Shown one piece after another: positions 16,438 to 25,473 of a DNA stretch of 58,140 bases. This DNA is from Actinomycetota bacterium (GTDB lineage Bacteria > Actinomycetota > Thermoleophilia > Gaiellales > Gaiellaceae), in assembly GCA_046735315.1 (NCBI GenBank), contig JBKPTB010000160.1:1-58140 (forward strand), in the 5' to 3' direction. The notes beneath the pieces are model-generated. The model was not told the origin of the DNA and made no database searches. It saw only the letters and a program-made list of their open reading frames with translations. Position numbers and translations under genes: made by a program. The stretch's first letter is position 1. Every line of letters starts with the position of its first letter.

Positions 16438-17561
16438 GAGAACGTCACGAGCGCGTCGTCCATCCGCCCGGCGCCTTCGACGCAGTCTCGTCGCGCAGCG
16501 GATCCGAGCTTCACGCAACCGCGGTCGCGGAACGCCCCGTTCGTGACGACCGCGAGCGTCCGTCCCAGCCATGCGTAACAGTCGGTGCGCACGCCTGCAC
16601 CAAGGCGCCGGCACGTGCGGATGAGCCGCACCTGTCGCGCGGGCTCCCCCGCAAGCGCCTGGTCGGGCACGCCACGCAGACAGGCGGAGGCGTCCGCACG
16701 CTCGAGTCGTGCGCAGACGCGCATCTGATCGAACGGGTCGGACGAGATCGTCAGCGCCGCGCCGCTGATGCAGCCGAAGCGCTCGAGCCCGCGAAGACCT
16801 CTGCACGCGCGGTGGAGATCACGTGCGTTTCTGATCGGCAACTCGATCGGCTGCTCGAGGAAATAGCGGTACCAACACGGTCTGACGTACGTCAGCCGGC
16901 CGTCGCAGAGCGTGCGCGGCGAAAGCGCTCCGCGCGGACGCACCGTCCCGTCGGCGCCGCGCAGCGAGATCCAGTAGTCGTGGAAGACGCCCTGTGCACA
17001 GTCGGGCGCGAAGCTCGACCTCAGGGCGCGGCAACCCCTCACCGCCTGGCCCAGATCGCCGTGATAGGCCCGTAGCAGCGCATGCCCCAACCCGTGGACG
17101 CACGTGTAGACGCGATACCGGGTCGGTAGGCGCGCACATGCCTCGGCCGCGGCCTTCCCGCCGGAGCGCAGGATCTGTGGACCGAGGTACATGACGAGAC
17201 CCATCCCGAATCCGGCAGAGCAGTTCGGGTTGTTGGAGCGCGGGACATAGCGCTGCAGGTCGGAGAGCGTCAGGTGGTGTGCCTGCGCGTACTCGCGCCC
17301 GACTTGGTGCATGAGGACGTGACAACTCGCCTCGACCGGACCGCCGACCGCGGAGACGAGGCGATCGATCCGCGGCAATTCGCGAGCCGGATCGTGGGAC
17401 GCCTGAACGTCCAGAAGCAGCAGCCGGACGTAGCAGTGGTACTGCGCCTCGGCGTTGTGGATCTGCGTGCACTGCCAGAGCCACGGTTTGCGGGCGGCGC
17501 CGGCATCGGCGGTCAGGGCGAGTGCTGCAAGGAGTGCGGCGAGGACAAGCGCCGGCTTCAC
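16434..17561 (-). CDS. Secreted hypothetical protein with 18 cysteines in 9 pairs (tandem roughly 34-aa repeats)
   Basis: 375 aa with signal peptide MKPALVLAALLAALALTADA. A recurring C-x-x-L ... C pattern has mostly 10-12-residue spacing within pairs. I recognise no family. Confidence 0.6.
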   Translation of the reverse strand: MKPALVLAALLAALALTADAGAARKPWLWQCTQIHNAEAQYHCYVRLLLLDVQASHDPARELPRIDRLVSAVGGPVEASCHVLMHQVGREYAQAHHLTLSDLQRYVPRSNNPNCSAGFGMGLVMYLGPQILRSGGKAAAEACARLPTRYRVYTCVHGLGHALLRAYHGDLGQAVRGCRALRSSFAPDCAQGVFHDYWISLRGADGTVRPRGALSPRTLCDGRLTYVRPCWYRYFLEQPIELPIRNARDLHRACRGLRGLERFGCISGAALTISSDPFDQMRVCARLERADASACLRGVPDQALAGEPARQVRLIRTCRRLGAGVRTDCYAWLGRTLAVVTNGAFRDRGCVKLGSAARRDCVEGAGRMDDALVTFS

Positions 17562-17637
17562 GCCGACAGTATTCCTGCCGCCGGTCCGACCATTCCGGAG
17601 GCGACAGCGATGCCCATCCGACTACCCTACTTCGCGC

Positions 17638-18492
17638 ATGGCTGAGACCGGCGAACGCACCTGCTATCGACATCCGGACCGGGTCACCGGGCTGTCATGC
17701 TCGGAGTGCGGTCGCCCGATCTGCACCGAGTGCATGACGATGGCGCCGGTTGGCATCCGCTGCCCCGAGCACTCGGGGAAGCCCCAGGGGATGCAGCGCA
17801 TGAGGCAGGAGGTGCAGCGTGCGAGCTTCGAGGGCGCCGGTGCCAAGGCGACGAAGCTCCTGATCGGAGTGAACGTCGCCGTCTACATCGCGGAGCTGAT
17901 CCAGGGCGGTGGCGTCTACGGGGTTGGCAGCACGATCTACCAGAAGGGCGTGCTCTGGGCTCCGTTCGTCGGAGCCGGCGACTACTGGAGGCTGATCACC
18001 GCGGCGTTTCTGCACTACGGGCCCTTCCACCTGCTGTTGAACATGCTCGGGCTCTACTGGTTCGGGTCACTGCTCGAGCAACGCATCGGGTCGGGCCGCT
18101 TTCTCCTCCTCTATCTCGTCTCGGGGCTCGCGGGCTCGGCCGGCGCGCTGGTCGTCAGTCCCAACAACCCGACCGTTGGCGCCTCCGGGGCGATCTTCGG
18201 GATCCTCGGCGCAGGCCTGGTGCTGGAACGGCAGCGGGATTACGTGTTCGGCGGCAGCGCGCTGGGCGTGATCGTCGCGAACCTCGTGCTGACGTTCTTC
18301 TGGCCGGGCATCTCGATCGGAGGACACATCGGGGGGTTGATCGGCGGGGCGGCGTCGATGCTCGCGCTCTCTCGCTTCGGCCGCGGGCATGCTGCCTACG
18401 GCCGTCCTGGCCTGGCCGGAATCGCGGGGATCATGGCGGTCGGCATCGTCTCGATCGCGGTCGCCTACTGGAAGACCAAGGGTTACGCGTAG
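17638..18492 (+). CDS. Rhomboid-family intramembrane serine protease with N-terminal zinc-ribbon
   Basis: ATG at 17638 (MAETGERTCYRHPDRVTGLSCSECGRPICTEC). Catalytic contexts GASGAIFG and GHIGGLIGG. Six or more hydrophobic segments. Confidence 0.85.
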   Translation: MAETGERTCYRHPDRVTGLSCSECGRPICTECMTMAPVGIRCPEHSGKPQGMQRMRQEVQRASFEGAGAKATKLLIGVNVAVYIAELIQGGGVYGVGSTIYQKGVLWAPFVGAGDYWRLITAAFLHYGPFHLLLNMLGLYWFGSLLEQRIGSGRFLLLYLVSGLAGSAGALVVSPNNPTVGASGAIFGILGAGLVLERQRDYVFGGSALGVIVANLVLTFFWPGISIGGHIGGLIGGAASMLALSRFGRGHAAYGRPGLAGIAGIMAVGIVSIAVAYWKTKGYA

Positions 18493-18496
18493 GGCG

Positions 18497-20608
18497 CTAA
18501 CACTTACCGGTCGCGGGCGCGTCGAGCCGGTCGAAGTGGAGAGCAAGGACGCGACCGTCCGGTACGTGGGCCGACCCGTTCGTGTTCATGATGACATCGG
18601 TGTAGCCGGCCGCAGGTACGCACACCGGTAGCTCGACCGGCGGGCGGGCCCCGCCGGGATCGACGCTGCCGCGCCGAATCCCCCGGCTGCTCGCGAGCGT
18701 GAACCCGATCGGCTTCGGAGCCTCGTGCGCCGCGCTGAGGACGACGATCAGCGTTCGCCTCACCGGCCGTCCGTTTCCGAAGAAGCGAATGCGCGCTTCG
18801 TGGCCGGGCGTGGTCCAGCCGTCCGCGGACACGCTGCGTGTCGCCCATTCGAGGCGGTAACCCTTCGTGGGACGTACGAGCCGCAGACGCGTCACGTCGG
18901 CCCTGCGCACAGCGGCCTCGACGAGATGGAAGCGAGGCTCCGTTCGCGCGACCACGAGGAAGTCGCCTCGCGCGCCGAGTAGTCGGCCGGTGTCGAGGTC
19001 CACCTTGCCTCGGTCGGCCGGAAACGGAGTGAAGGTCGGATCGTCGTCGAGGCGAAGGGTCTCGTCCACTTTCTTGTTCCAATACTCGGCGTCCCACCAG
19101 TAGGTCGCCGACTCGAGTGGGCTGGGCACGAGCTCGACCGAGCTCCCGGACGGAACCACGGCGTCGATCCAGTCGCGTCGGTCGAGATGCGGCCGGACGT
19201 TCGTGATCAGAGCAGGCTCGGCGAACCGGTCGAAGACGTATCCCGCCTCGAAGGCGCCGAAGCCGGCGAGCGCGATCGCGGCGGCGAGCGCAACTTTCGT
19301 ACGTACACGCTGCGGTGTGGCAATGAGGACTGCAGCCAGACCCGCGACGACGAGCACGAGTATGCGCACGAACCACGCCGCGCTAAGATGCAACCGGCCC
19401 GCCGCGGTCACGATCGCAGGATGAAAGGCGGCGCCGGGCGAGGCCCAGAAGATCACGGGCTGGTCGTGGTAGGAAGAGAGCCCGGCCAACCACGCGAAGA
19501 CGATGGCCGCCACGATAAGGATCCCGATCCGCAGCCGTCTGTGCTGGCGCCGCACGAGCGACGCCCCGGCTGCGACCGCGAACAACGGCGTGAGGTAGAA
19601 GAGGTAACGATCCTGCATGAAGCCGTTCGGCGTGAAGCGCAGATCGAACGAGCTCACTTCGAACGTGAGCAGCGGAACGAAGAACAGCAGCAGCCACGCG
19701 AACGCGTGCGCGCCCTTTCCCTCCGGGCGAACCGCCGTCGACACCGCCCAGGACACGGTCAGGAGAAAGGGAAGGATGCCACCGCCGATCACGACGTAGT
19801 CGAGATGGAGCGCGGCGGAGCGCCAGATGCCCGCCGGGACGAGGTCGCCTTTGAAGGGAACGGCGTAATTGCCGACGACCGCTCCCAGCGAGCCGGCTGC
19901 GGCAAGCGCGGCGCCCGCCAGAATCGCAACCGCGTACACGACGAACAGCACGCGATGGGACCGGAACGCCGCCCTGGCTCGCGCTCGCCACCCGGGCGAG
20001 GAGACCGACCGGAGCGTCGCCTCGTGGCCCAGGATTGCCAGCGGCAGCACGACCGCAAGCACGAAGAACTGCGTGCGCGCGAGGAACGCAAGCAGCAGAC
20101 CCGCAAGCGCGATGACGTCCCGCCTCGCGCTGGGCTCCGCGATCGCGCGCTGGCAGAGGAAGACCGCCCACACGAAGGCCGGGTACGCGGCATTCTCCGT
20201 CAGCAGCGTCGTGCTCATCACGAGCCACGGCATGAACGCGGTCAGGAGCGCCGCGACCGTCGCTGCCGCACGTGATCCCGTGATGGACTGGGCGAGGAGG
20301 TAGGCCGGCCACGCCGCACTCGCCAGCAGGAAGGGGTTCAGGACGTGCGCCGCGGTCGCCGCCGCCGGCGCAGTGAAGAGGCCGTAGAAAGGCGCGATCA
20401 GCAACGGGTACAGCTGGCTCAACGCGGCGTAGTACACGCCGTGGATCCGTGGAACGGGCGAACCGGTCTGCGCGATGCTCAGAGCGAGCTTCGTCGTCTG
20501 CAGCTCGTCCGTCATCACCGCCCACGTGATCACGCGGGACGAGTAGTACGCGGCGAAGGTGCCGGCAACCGCGACGCAGGCGCCGACGACCATGCCGTCG
20601 AGCGTCAT
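18497..20608 (-). CDS. GT-C-fold membrane glycosyltransferase-like protein (ArnT/PMT-like) with C-terminal extracytoplasmic domain
   Basis: 703 aa with about 12 hydrophobic segments. An acidic DE motif lies in the first loop (VMTDELQTTKLA), as in GT-C enzymes. The soluble C-terminal third has unknown fold. Confidence 0.6.
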   Translation of the reverse strand: MTLDGMVVGACVAVAGTFAAYYSSRVITWAVMTDELQTTKLALSIAQTGSPVPRIHGVYYAALSQLYPLLIAPFYGLFTAPAAATAAHVLNPFLLASAAWPAYLLAQSITGSRAAATVAALLTAFMPWLVMSTTLLTENAAYPAFVWAVFLCQRAIAEPSARRDVIALAGLLLAFLARTQFFVLAVVLPLAILGHEATLRSVSSPGWRARARAAFRSHRVLFVVYAVAILAGAALAAAGSLGAVVGNYAVPFKGDLVPAGIWRSAALHLDYVVIGGGILPFLLTVSWAVSTAVRPEGKGAHAFAWLLLFFVPLLTFEVSSFDLRFTPNGFMQDRYLFYLTPLFAVAAGASLVRRQHRRLRIGILIVAAIVFAWLAGLSSYHDQPVIFWASPGAAFHPAIVTAAGRLHLSAAWFVRILVLVVAGLAAVLIATPQRVRTKVALAAAIALAGFGAFEAGYVFDRFAEPALITNVRPHLDRRDWIDAVVPSGSSVELVPSPLESATYWWDAEYWNKKVDETLRLDDDPTFTPFPADRGKVDLDTGRLLGARGDFLVVARTEPRFHLVEAAVRRADVTRLRLVRPTKGYRLEWATRSVSADGWTTPGHEARIRFFGNGRPVRRTLIVVLSAAHEAPKPIGFTLASSRGIRRGSVDPGGARPPVELPVCVPAAGYTDVIMNTNGSAHVPDGRVLALHFDRLDAPATGKC

Positions 20609-20699
20609 GGAGCGGCGGAGGTCGCGCGGTTGGAGCGTAGTCTTGATCGCACCAGACTGCCCTAAAGCGCCGCGTCAAATCACGAGTACAAACCCCCGA

Positions 20700-20993
20700 A
20701 TGGCCAACGTCCTCGTCGACGCCGAAAACGTCCGCCGCTCACCGTGGCCGAACATGCCCGGGGACGAGCTCGAGGCACGGGCGAAAGCGTGGGCCCGGGA
20801 ACACGGTCACACCGTGACCGTCGTCTGGGAAGGAGCCGAGTCCGGCGACGACCAGATCGCGCGTCTCGTCCGCGAGCTCGAGCCGCCCGTCTGGGTCGTC
20901 ACGTCGGACCGAGCGCTCAGAGAGCGTGTGCGCCAGCACGCCGAGCGGGTCATCGGGGGCGGCTCCTTCGCCAGGGAGCTTCGGAAGCAGTAG
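20700..20993 (+). CDS. Small NYN/YacP-like PIN-fold protein
   Basis: ATG at 20700 (MANVLVDAENV ... VWVVTSDRALRERV) inside track ORF 20559..20993, giving 97 aa. It is shorter than typical YacP. Confidence 0.5.
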   Translation: MANVLVDAENVRRSPWPNMPGDELEARAKAWAREHGHTVTVVWEGAESGDDQIARLVRELEPPVWVVTSDRALRERVRQHAERVIGGGSFARELRKQ

Positions 20994-21047
20994 CCATCCC
21001 TCGTTCGAGGGACACCACTTTCAGGGAGCTGTGCCGATCCGTGCTCT

Positions 21048-21797
21048 GTGGGTCGCTCGCTCCTTGCCCTCGCATCGCTCGTTTGCGTGGCAGCCGGTGC
21101 CGCCACCTTCGCCCCGACGACGGCGGTCGGCCGGGTGGTGCTCGATCGTCCCACCGACGGGTGGGTCCGAGTCCAGCCCCGTCGGCCCGCGGGTCACCTG
21201 ATCGCGGAAGTGCGGCCGGGGCGCTCGCTGGCGCTGCACAGCCGGCCGTTCGGCCCCGTGGTTGCACGAGTCGGCGCCCGGACGCCGTTCGGTTCACCTC
21301 GCGCACTCGGCGTGGTCGCGAGCCGGCGCGGACGCTGGCTCGCCGTCACCGAGGCGGGGATCCGCAACAACCACAGCGTCTGGGTGGACGCGCGTGCGGG
21401 CGGGCTGCGCTACGAGCGGACTCGACTGGAACTGGACATCGACCTGTCGAGCCGCACACTTCTCCTGCGCCGCGGCGGAGCAGTGATCCGCCGGGCGAGC
21501 ATCGGCGTGGGCCGTGCCGGTTCCCCCACTCCCACCGGACGGTTCGCCATCACCGACGAGCTCAACGGTCGCGCGTACAGCACCGCGTACGGTTGCTGCA
21601 TCCTTGCGCTCTCGGCCATCCAGCCGAACCTCCCCGCGGGCTGGAGCGGCGGCAACCGCGTGGCCATCCATGGCACGCTCTCGTCGAGCGATTTCGGCCG
21701 CGCCGTCTCTGCCGGCTGCGTGCACGCACGGGACACGGACCTCCGTTTCCTGATGCGAACCGTCCCGCTCGGCACGCCGGTCGTCATCCGACCGTGA
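21048..21797 (+). CDS. L,D-transpeptidase (YkuD domain)
   Basis: GTG start and signal peptide. Catalytic motif RVAIHGT ... SAGCVHARDTD. Confidence 0.85.
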   Translation: MGRSLLALASLVCVAAGAATFAPTTAVGRVVLDRPTDGWVRVQPRRPAGHLIAEVRPGRSLALHSRPFGPVVARVGARTPFGSPRALGVVASRRGRWLAVTEAGIRNNHSVWVDARAGGLRYERTRLELDIDLSSRTLLLRRGGAVIRRASIGVGRAGSPTPTGRFAITDELNGRAYSTAYGCCILALSAIQPNLPAGWSGGNRVAIHGTLSSSDFGRAVSAGCVHARDTDLRFLMRTVPLGTPVVIRP

Positions 21798-21996
21798 GCA
21801 CAGGCTCGACCCCGAGAAGCAACGTGATGCCGTCGATGCGGGCCGCGAGTTGCAGGTCGGCCGACGCCTGCACCTGTGCGTGCACACCTCCGAGTACGCG
21901 GACGACCTCGACGATTCGATCGGCCGGAGCACGCTCCGTCAGGAAGCTGCGGACGAGCCGCCGGGCGCGTACCTCGTCCCAGGTCGGAGACGCCTT
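21784..21996 (-). pseudogene. Remnant of the N-terminus of an AlkZ/YcaQ-type winged-helix DNA glycosylase gene
   Basis: An open frame directly after the ppdK TAG, in the same frame: KASPTWDEVRARRLVRSFLTERAPADRIVEVVRVLGGVHAQVQASADLQLAARIDGIT. This matches the family N-terminal pattern (W..VR.RRL ... GVHAQ ... A.L.L..R). It has no start codon and stops after about 70 codons, whereas intact members are about 400 aa. Confidence 0.5.
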
Positions 21997-24609
21997 CTAA
22001 CCGCCGGCCGTCGCGTACACGGCCGTGCCGGCCTCGGCGAGCGCGGCCTGCGCGGCAGCGAGCCGCGCCAGCGGCACGCGGTACGGAGAGCAGGACACGT
22101 AGTCGAGCCCGAGCTCGTGGCAGAACGCAACGGACTTCGGCTCTCCGCCATGTTCACCGCAGATCCCGAGCTTGAGCTCAGGCTTCGTCGTCCGTCCTCG
22201 CTCGACGCCGATCCGCATCAGGTCGCCGACACCGCTGACGTCGAGGGTCTCGAACGGATTGTGCTCGAGCACTCCCTCCTCGAGGTAGTACGTGAGGAAC
22301 TTCCCCTCCGCGTCGTCGCGGGAGAAGCCGAGCGCAGTCTGCGTCAGGTCGTTCGTCCCGAACGAGAAGAAGTCGGCCTGCTCGGCGATCTCGTCGGCAC
22401 GGATGCAGGCACGAGGCAACTCGATCATCGTGCCGCAGAGGTACTCGACCTCCGGCGCTTCTTCTTCGGCGACGCGCATCGTCAGCTCGCGCAACCGTGA
22501 AAGCTCCTCACGGAAGCCGACGAGCGGATGCATGATCTCGACGAGCGGTGCGTCACCGGTCCGCTCCTCGACGGCGCGCGCCGCGCGGATGATCGCGCGC
22601 ACCTGCATCTCGTAGATCTCGGGCCATTGCAGGCCGAGACGGCAGCCGCGCGTGCCCAGCATCGGGTTCGACTCCTGTAGCTGGCGGATGCGACGGCGCA
22701 TGCGCTCGTCCGTGGCCTGGTCGAGCGGCGGCAGGAACTCGTGCAGCGGCGGATCGAGCAACCGGATCGTGACGGGCAGCCCAGCCATCGCCTCGAAGAT
22801 CGCTTCGAAGTCTCCCTGTTGCATCGGCAGCAGTTTTTCGAGCGTCTTGCGGCGTCCCTCCTCGCCGTCGGCCAGGATCATCTCGCGCACAACGGGGAGC
22901 CGGTCCTCCGCCATGAACATGTGCTCCGTGCGGCAGAGGCCGATCCCCTGCGCGCCGAACTCGCGGGCCTTCGCCGCGTCCTGCGGCGTGTCGGCGTTCG
23001 CACGCACGTCGAGGCGCCGGTAATCGTCGCCCCACGTGAGAACCGTCTCGAGGTCGTCATTCACCTCCGGCGGCACGAGCGGAACCTCGCCGACGATCAC
23101 GGCCCCGGTTCCGCCGTCGATGGTAAGGGCGTCTCCCTCGGACAGAGTCGTGCCCGCAAGCGTGATCGTCCGTGCGCCGAGGTCGATCGAGAGGGCATCG
23201 CAGCCGGCCACGCACGGCTTGCCCATCCCGCGCGCCACCACCGCAGCGTGCGAGGTCATCCCTCCGTGCGCGGTCAGGATCCCGGCCGCCTGGATCAAGC
23301 CGTGGATATCGTCGGGAGTCGTCTCCCAGCGGACGAGGATCACGCTCTCGCCTGCTTTGCCGCGCTGCTCGGCCGTGTCGGCGTCGAGCACGATCTTGCC
23401 GCAGGCGGCGCCCGGCGACGCGTTGAGCCCTTTCGCGGCGACCTCCCACTGCGCAGTCGGGTCGATCATCGGATGGAGGAGCTGCTCGAGCTGCGCCGGA
23501 TCGATCCGCACGACCGCATCCTCCCGTGAGATCAGGCCCTCTCGGACCATGTCGACGGCTGCCTTGACTGCAGCGGCCGCGGTGCGCTTCGCAGAGCGCG
23601 TTTGGAGCAGATAGAGAGTCTGGTCCTCCACCGTGAATTCGATGTCCTGCATGTCGCGGTAGTGCTCCTCGAGGCGGCGCATCGTCTCGAGTAGCTGCTC
23701 GAAGGCAGCCGGAAGCTTCTGCTGCATGTCGGTCAGCGGCTGCGGCGTGCGGATGCCGGCGACCACGTCCTCACCCTGCGCGTTCGCGAGGAACTCGCCG
23801 TAGAGCCCGGCCTCGCCGGTCGAGGGGTCGCGTGTGAACGCGACGCCGGTCCCGGACTCCTCGCCCTTGTTGCCGAAGACCATCTGGACGACGTTGACGG
23901 CCGTGCCGAGATCGTCCGGAATGTCGTAGCGGCGGCGATACACCTTTGCGCGAGGCGCCTCCCACGACTCGAACACCGCACACACCGCTCGCGTCAACTG
24001 GTCGCGCGCATCCTGCGGAAAGTCGCGTCCCGTCTCCTCGCGGTAGATACCGCGGTAGGTATCGAGGAGCGCGGCCAGATCCGCCGCCGTCAGGTCGACG
24101 TCCTGCGCCGCGCCGCGCGCCTGCTTCAGGTCGGTGAGCGCCTGTTCGAAGCGATGCCCGTCGATTCCGTCCACGACCTCGCCGTACATCTGGATCAGAC
24201 GCCGGTACGAGTCGTTCGCGAAGCGCTCGTTCTCCGTCGCACGCGCAAGTCCCTGCACGGCGTCGTCGTTGAGGCCGAGGTTCAAGATCGTGTCCATCAT
24301 CCCCGGCATCGAGACCGCGGCTCCGGAGCGGACCGAGACGAGCAGCGGATCGTCCGCGGCGCCGAAGCGCTTGCCCGTCTTCTGTTCCAATGCAGCGAGG
24401 TGGCGATCGATTTCCTCTTCGAGGCCGTCTGGCAGCGATTTGCCGTTCGACATGTAGGCGCGGCAGGCGTCCGTGGTGATCGTGAAGCCCGCCGGAACGG
24501 GCACGCCGAGCTGAGTCATCTCGGCCAGACCGGCACCCTTTCCCCCGAGTAGCTCCCGTCCTCCGTCAGACGGCTCGTCGAAATCGAAGACGAAGCGGGG
24601 AGCGTTCAA
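21997..24609 (-). CDS. ppdK: Pyruvate, phosphate dikinase
   Basis: About 870 aa. LLGGKGAGLAEM, phospho-His loop GGMTSHAAVVARGMGKPCV and a PEP-utilising TIM barrel. I prefer TTG at 24609, preceded by GAGAGGA, over the track start TTG at 24639. Confidence 0.95.
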   Translation of the reverse strand: MNAPRFVFDFDEPSDGGRELLGGKGAGLAEMTQLGVPVPAGFTITTDACRAYMSNGKSLPDGLEEEIDRHLAALEQKTGKRFGAADDPLLVSVRSGAAVSMPGMMDTILNLGLNDDAVQGLARATENERFANDSYRRLIQMYGEVVDGIDGHRFEQALTDLKQARGAAQDVDLTAADLAALLDTYRGIYREETGRDFPQDARDQLTRAVCAVFESWEAPRAKVYRRRYDIPDDLGTAVNVVQMVFGNKGEESGTGVAFTRDPSTGEAGLYGEFLANAQGEDVVAGIRTPQPLTDMQQKLPAAFEQLLETMRRLEEHYRDMQDIEFTVEDQTLYLLQTRSAKRTAAAAVKAAVDMVREGLISREDAVVRIDPAQLEQLLHPMIDPTAQWEVAAKGLNASPGAACGKIVLDADTAEQRGKAGESVILVRWETTPDDIHGLIQAAGILTAHGGMTSHAAVVARGMGKPCVAGCDALSIDLGARTITLAGTTLSEGDALTIDGGTGAVIVGEVPLVPPEVNDDLETVLTWGDDYRRLDVRANADTPQDAAKAREFGAQGIGLCRTEHMFMAEDRLPVVREMILADGEEGRRKTLEKLLPMQQGDFEAIFEAMAGLPVTIRLLDPPLHEFLPPLDQATDERMRRRIRQLQESNPMLGTRGCRLGLQWPEIYEMQVRAIIRAARAVEERTGDAPLVEIMHPLVGFREELSRLRELTMRVAEEEAPEVEYLCGTMIELPRACIRADEIAEQADFFSFGTNDLTQTALGFSRDDAEGKFLTYYLEEGVLEHNPFETLDVSGVGDLMRIGVERGRTTKPELKLGICGEHGGEPKSVAFCHELGLDYVSCSPYRVPLARLAAAQAALAEAGTAVYATAGG

Positions 24610-24650
24610 GACGGAGATCCTCTCACAAATGCCCTGCAATACTCACGGAT

Positions 24651-25310
24651 ATGCCCGAACGCCAGATCGTCGCGATGGGTGGCTATCCCGACGATGCGCT
24701 GCTCGCCTACGTGCTGGGGCTCGCTGGAGGACGCAGGGTGCTCTGCGTCCCGACGGCGTCGCGGGAGGATCCCGCGTTGACCCTCACGTTGTACGAGCGC
24801 CTGCACGGGCAGGCCGAGATGACGCATCTGCACTTCTTTCCCTGGCCGCCGCGGGACCTGCGGCGCCTCGCGCTCGGGCACGACGTGATCCTCATCACGG
24901 GCGGCAACACGGCGAACGCCATCGCCGTCTGGCGCGCGCACGGCTTCGACCTGATCCTGCGGGAGGCCTGGGAACAGGGCATGCTCTTGACCGGCTGGAG
25001 CGCCGGCATGATCTGCTGGTTCGAGCAGGCAGTCACCGACTCCTTCGGACCGGATCTGGCGGCGCTCGACTGTCTCGGCTTTCTCCCCGGCAGCGCGTGC
25101 CCGCACTACGACGGCGAAGAACAACGGCGCCCCGTCTACACCCGCCTCGTCCAAGAAGGACTGTCTCCGGGTGTCGCAGCGGACGACGACGTCGCCTTGC
25201 ACTACCTCGGCGAGGACCTCTACGAGGTCGTCACCTCACGGGAGGGCGCGACCGCGTATCGAGTCGAGCCGGAACGTGAGACTTCGCTCGAAGCTCGTCT
25301 CATCAGGTGA
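24651..25310 (+). CDS. S51-family peptidase (peptidase E / cyanophycinase-like)
   Basis: 219 aa. ITGGNT, nucleophile context GWSAGM, and PHYDGE. Confidence 0.75.
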   Translation: MPERQIVAMGGYPDDALLAYVLGLAGGRRVLCVPTASREDPALTLTLYERLHGQAEMTHLHFFPWPPRDLRRLALGHDVILITGGNTANAIAVWRAHGFDLILREAWEQGMLLTGWSAGMICWFEQAVTDSFGPDLAALDCLGFLPGSACPHYDGEEQRRPVYTRLVQEGLSPGVAADDDVALHYLGEDLYEVVTSREGATAYRVEPERETSLEARLIR

Positions 25311-25473
25311 GGCTGGCGCGGCGGCGGCGAGCACGGAACTCCGCGAGCCAGGCCAGCCAGCGCAGTCCCAGCCACACCGGCGTCAGGACCACATAGAACA
25401 GAACGATGGCCACAGCGAGGAGGCTCCACCAGAGACCCCAGCGCCACCAGGGAACGGGTGGCTTCGGCCTCAC
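25303..25473 (-). CDS. Candidate 56-aa Trp-rich membrane protein (not in ORF track)
   Basis: The GTG at 25473 overlaps the stop of the upstream regulator gene (GTGA). Translation is MRPKPPVPWWRWGLWWSLLAVAIVLFYVVLTPVWLGLRWLAWLAEFRARRRRASLT. About 84% G/C at third positions by my count. Confidence 0.4.
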   Translation of the reverse strand: MRPKPPVPWWRWGLWWSLLAVAIVLFYVVLTPVWLGLRWLAWLAEFRARRRRASLT

